Assembly: GCA_043228905.1 (NCBI GenBank)
Contig: JBHGNT010000002.1
Location: forward strand, 19,530,001 to 19,594,000
Length of the DNA stretch: 64,000 bases
Reading direction: 5' to 3'
Origin: Azolla caroliniana
Lineage: Eukaryota > Plantae > Polypodiophyta
Shown here: positions 61,249-64,000 of the stretch, piece by piece
Layout: each line of letters begins with the position of its first letter
Position numbering within the stretch: position 1 is the stretch's first letter
Notes under the pieces: generated by a model
What the model was told of the DNA's origin: nothing
Seen by the model: only the letters and a program-made list of their open reading frames with translations
Database searches by the model: none
Translations under genes and position numbers: made by a program

Positions 61249-63050
61249 AATGGGCGTAAGGAAGTCCGGTCCTACGGGATCCCCACACTGGTTCCGGAGA
61301 CTCCGGCTGTTCTGCCAACGTGGCAACGTAAGACCGAGGGAGAAGGAAGGTGGCGGCGGGAAACGGGACCCGACTACGCGGAAGACACGAGGAGAGTCCG
61401 GGCGGGACTCAAACAAAAGACACCCGAATTTTGGCAAGCATAGAAATGGAGTCCGGTCCTTTGGGACCCTCACACCGATATGGAGACTCCGGCAGTTCGG
61501 CCAATGTGGCAACATGAGACTGAGAGAGAAGGTTGGTGGCGGCAGGGAACGGGACCCGACGACATGAGGTTTCGGAAGGAGCCGGTAGGGGCAAACACGG
61601 GGAGGTGTGTCGGGCCGGAAACGCACACTTGGGAGGGATAAGAGTCTCGCAAGTGGCCATCGCGGGCCGGATCAAAGCGTGACTACGGGATGACGTTCGG
61701 CGCAAGCGGTGCCGAACAATGGTAGCGAAAGATGGCACAAGAGAGGTGTCGGGAACGAGGTGACAAGTGCTTAGTGGACTGCACAGGGTCAGAGTCAGGG
61801 GATGGCAAGAGAGGCCGGAGGAGGATCCTCCACACTCGCTTCGTAGATCTCGGTAGCTTCGTCGAAGTAGCGAGGACTGACATGGCAAGCCCGTGGTGAC
61901 AAGCTGGTGGGGGCGAGGGGACGACGGCAAGTGGAAGACTCAGGACCTATTGCAGCAGCATGAAGACGGGAAGGGCCAAGCGGGCTACTACGGGGTGTTC
62001 CTCGGATGCAAAGGACACCGGTACGCGGGAAGTGACGATGCGCGATCAGGCCGGAAAGGGATCCCCACACTATTCCGGAGACCATGGCGGTTCGAGCCGA
62101 TGCGGCGATGTAAGACCATGGAGAAGGAAGGTGGCGGTGGAAGGACGAAGGCAACGTGAAACACCATCGGGACATCACGATTGGACAACGGAGGCCAAGC
62201 GGGGCGTTCATACGGCCGAACAAGGGCCAACGGAAGTACGCGTACTATGGAGATCGCGGCAGAGGACCCATCGACGGGTCGAACGAGCCTACAGGGAGGC
62301 GAGCGCGACGGAAGACTCGAAGCCGACGGATCAAACCGGCAGCGAGCCGAGATACGGATCACGGGAGACCGGTTTCTCACCGGCCAAAATCTCTCACCCT
62401 TCAACCAGATTTGGCACGTACCGGTGGACGTGCAGTTAGGTGGGGGCGGATGTCGTGAAGAATTTCGGCCAGAGGCGGAAACCGGGAAACATTGGCTACA
62501 TCGGCGGGGTGCAGCGTGTGTACGCACCCGTGTACATTTAGTGTGAATATCGAGGGCGCCTTTATGGCGCCGAAGAGTAGTCAAGTCGGGACAGACGATC
62601 CCATGTAAGTCGGGATTTGTCCCACATTGTAACACATCCCTTTCCTTGTTCTATAAAAGGAAGGGAACGCCCTTTGTGTAAGGGTTGCGCATTTTACACT
62701 AGAGGATATACCGTTAGGTTTAGAGTTAGGTTTCTTCTTCTCCTTCTTCTCCCCCTTCGTGTTTTGCTTAGGGTTTGCTTTGGTTCGGCCTCCTGTGCAA
62801 GACCCCGCTCGGCGCGACGAGTTGAGAGCTCCCTGACGGCGGCTTGGCAGCAGACGACTACTGTAACCTACCTCAGTCCGGCTTGAAGCCGGGAATGTAT
62901 TCTTTCTTTATATATATATATATACATATACGTATGTGTCTGTTTGCGTATATTCGCATCTTCGTTGGTGTTGGGTGCTTCCCCTTTCCTGCGTTTCCTG
63001 TACTTAAGGGTGTGAGTCGGGTTGGCCTGTGTGTGTGCGTGAGTCGGTGT

Positions 63051-63089
<39 letters not shown>

Positions 63090-63216
63090 GTTGCTTCCGG
63101 TGTGCTCCTGGGATGCCCCGGAAACGGTGAAGCACGACTTCCCACGCTCCATCACTCCCTAGTCCAAGACCCCCGTGGTCCCGCCTTTCTCCACGCACGC
63201 GCGTAACAACGCGACA

Positions 63217-64000
63217 CCGTTTGATGGTGTGCTGTCGCACAACATCTTCCCTTTTCCGTTCGCGGGCTGCTCGTTATCCTGTTGTCAGCATACCCGTTCG
63301 ACTTTCGACCAGTCGTCGATAAGGCCAATCGCTCCATCGTTGTCTTCGAGCTCGGTCACCGAGGCCATCCATTCCTTCCGGTCAATTGACTTCACAAACA
63401 ACAGGACCTTATCCACGCCCAATAATCTTTGTTCCCACTTCGGGAGCTGAGCCAAGCGCCGCTGGAACTCTAGGAACGCCTTCGTTGCGCCTTGGTGTGT
63501 CTTCGTCGATGCAATCCACTGGTCGAAGTTGCGCTATCCCCGACTTTTGGGCCGCTCTCCGTATGCTTGCAGGAGCGCCTCTTTGAAGGCCTCCTACAAA
63601 CTATGAGCTTCTCGGAGTCCCTTTACTTCTGCGTGCATCAGGTCCGCTGCGATCTGATAGAAGAACTCCAGCCTCAATGCCTCGTCTATACCTCGCACCT
63701 CCATTTCTGCGTTTTAGACTTCCAAGTAGAATGGACTTTGTCCCTATTGAAATGACCGACTCTTTCGACCACACACCTGACCACTTGTTGCATTGCCTCT
63801 CGTCTCATCGTCACTCGTCCGAACTCCATCACCACTTCCACCACCATCTTTGCAAAGTCTCTGTCTTCCAACTCCATCCTCCCTTGCAGCCCTTTCATGT
63901 CGGGTTCACCAAAGATGTCGCGGAAAGGGGTGAGGCTCACTCCTCCTCTTTATAGTAGAAAGGGGTGAGGCTCATTACAAAAGGAGAGGCCAAATATTCC
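63217..64000 (-). mobile_element. Host element H (same Trp-PBS family): LTR end from 63916, PBS, gag fragment; continues at 45657-45398 and 39590-39466
   Basis: The minus strand reads CCGCGACA-TCTT-TGGTGAACCCGACATGA (63895-63911). Its gag MELEDRDFAKMVVEVV...VGHFN matches A. The flanks of A and D join into sequence homologous to A's internal region. Confidence 0.8.

Larger units (their letters stand above)
45662..63216 (+). mobile_element. Element A: non-autonomous Gypsy with tRNA-Trp PBS and 4-bp TSD CCGT; hosts B
   Basis: LTRs 45662-46462 and 62451-63216 (TGTCG...GCGACA). PBS TGGTGAACCCGACGT at 46467-46481. Truncated gag 46500-46865. PPT AGGTGGGGGCGGA. TSD CCGT at 45658-45661 and 63217-63220. 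Confidence 0.9.

Noticed and set aside
60915-62140. Self-cleaving ribozyme interpretation of the repeated module
   Set aside because: No hammerhead (CUGANGA/GAAA) or HDV core was seen on either strand, and the candidate inner stem is not consistently maintained between copies.
37139-63955. Numerous overlapping and antisense 100-290 aa ORFs in the GC-rich cluster
   Set aside because: They are expected by-products of GC-rich, stop-poor retroelement DNA and microsatellites, with no recognisable domains beyond gag/pol.
36667-64000. Treating E and H as a single element with paired LTRs
   Set aside because: The internal sequence is compatible, but the LTR ends differ (..GGCCACA versus ..CGCGACA) and H's LTR runs off the window. 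Left unresolved.

Overview
Eukaryotic land-plant genomic DNA, probably from a non-seed plant such as a fern or lycophyte. This is inferred from TTTAGGG telomere motifs, GT-AG introns, and Tcn1-like and tRNA-Trp-primed Gypsy elements. There is one host gene, a 21-coding-exon EAF1 (NuA4 scaffold; HSA + SANT/Myb domains, about 1794 aa, + strand, 16244-28391). To its left are decayed Copia and chromovirus remnants, a hAT MITE, and a solo LTR interrupted by a young 5'-truncated RTE-X-like LINE whose 5' junction carries telomeric repeats. To its right are CACTA and Copia remnants, then a ~28-kb nest of Gypsy elements: host H contains D and A, A contains B, and B contains C. C is an intact chromovirus with near-identical LTRs, a self-priming (tRNA-independent) PBS and a -1 frameshift signal. 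A, B, D and H belong to a tRNA-Trp-primed family; the three with both ends visible (A, B, D) have 4-bp CCG(T/G) target duplications. B has its frameshift after the protease; A, D and the related element E are pol-less derivatives carrying a repeated, uncharacterised ~75-nt module. All coordinates were read by eye and no database searches were run.
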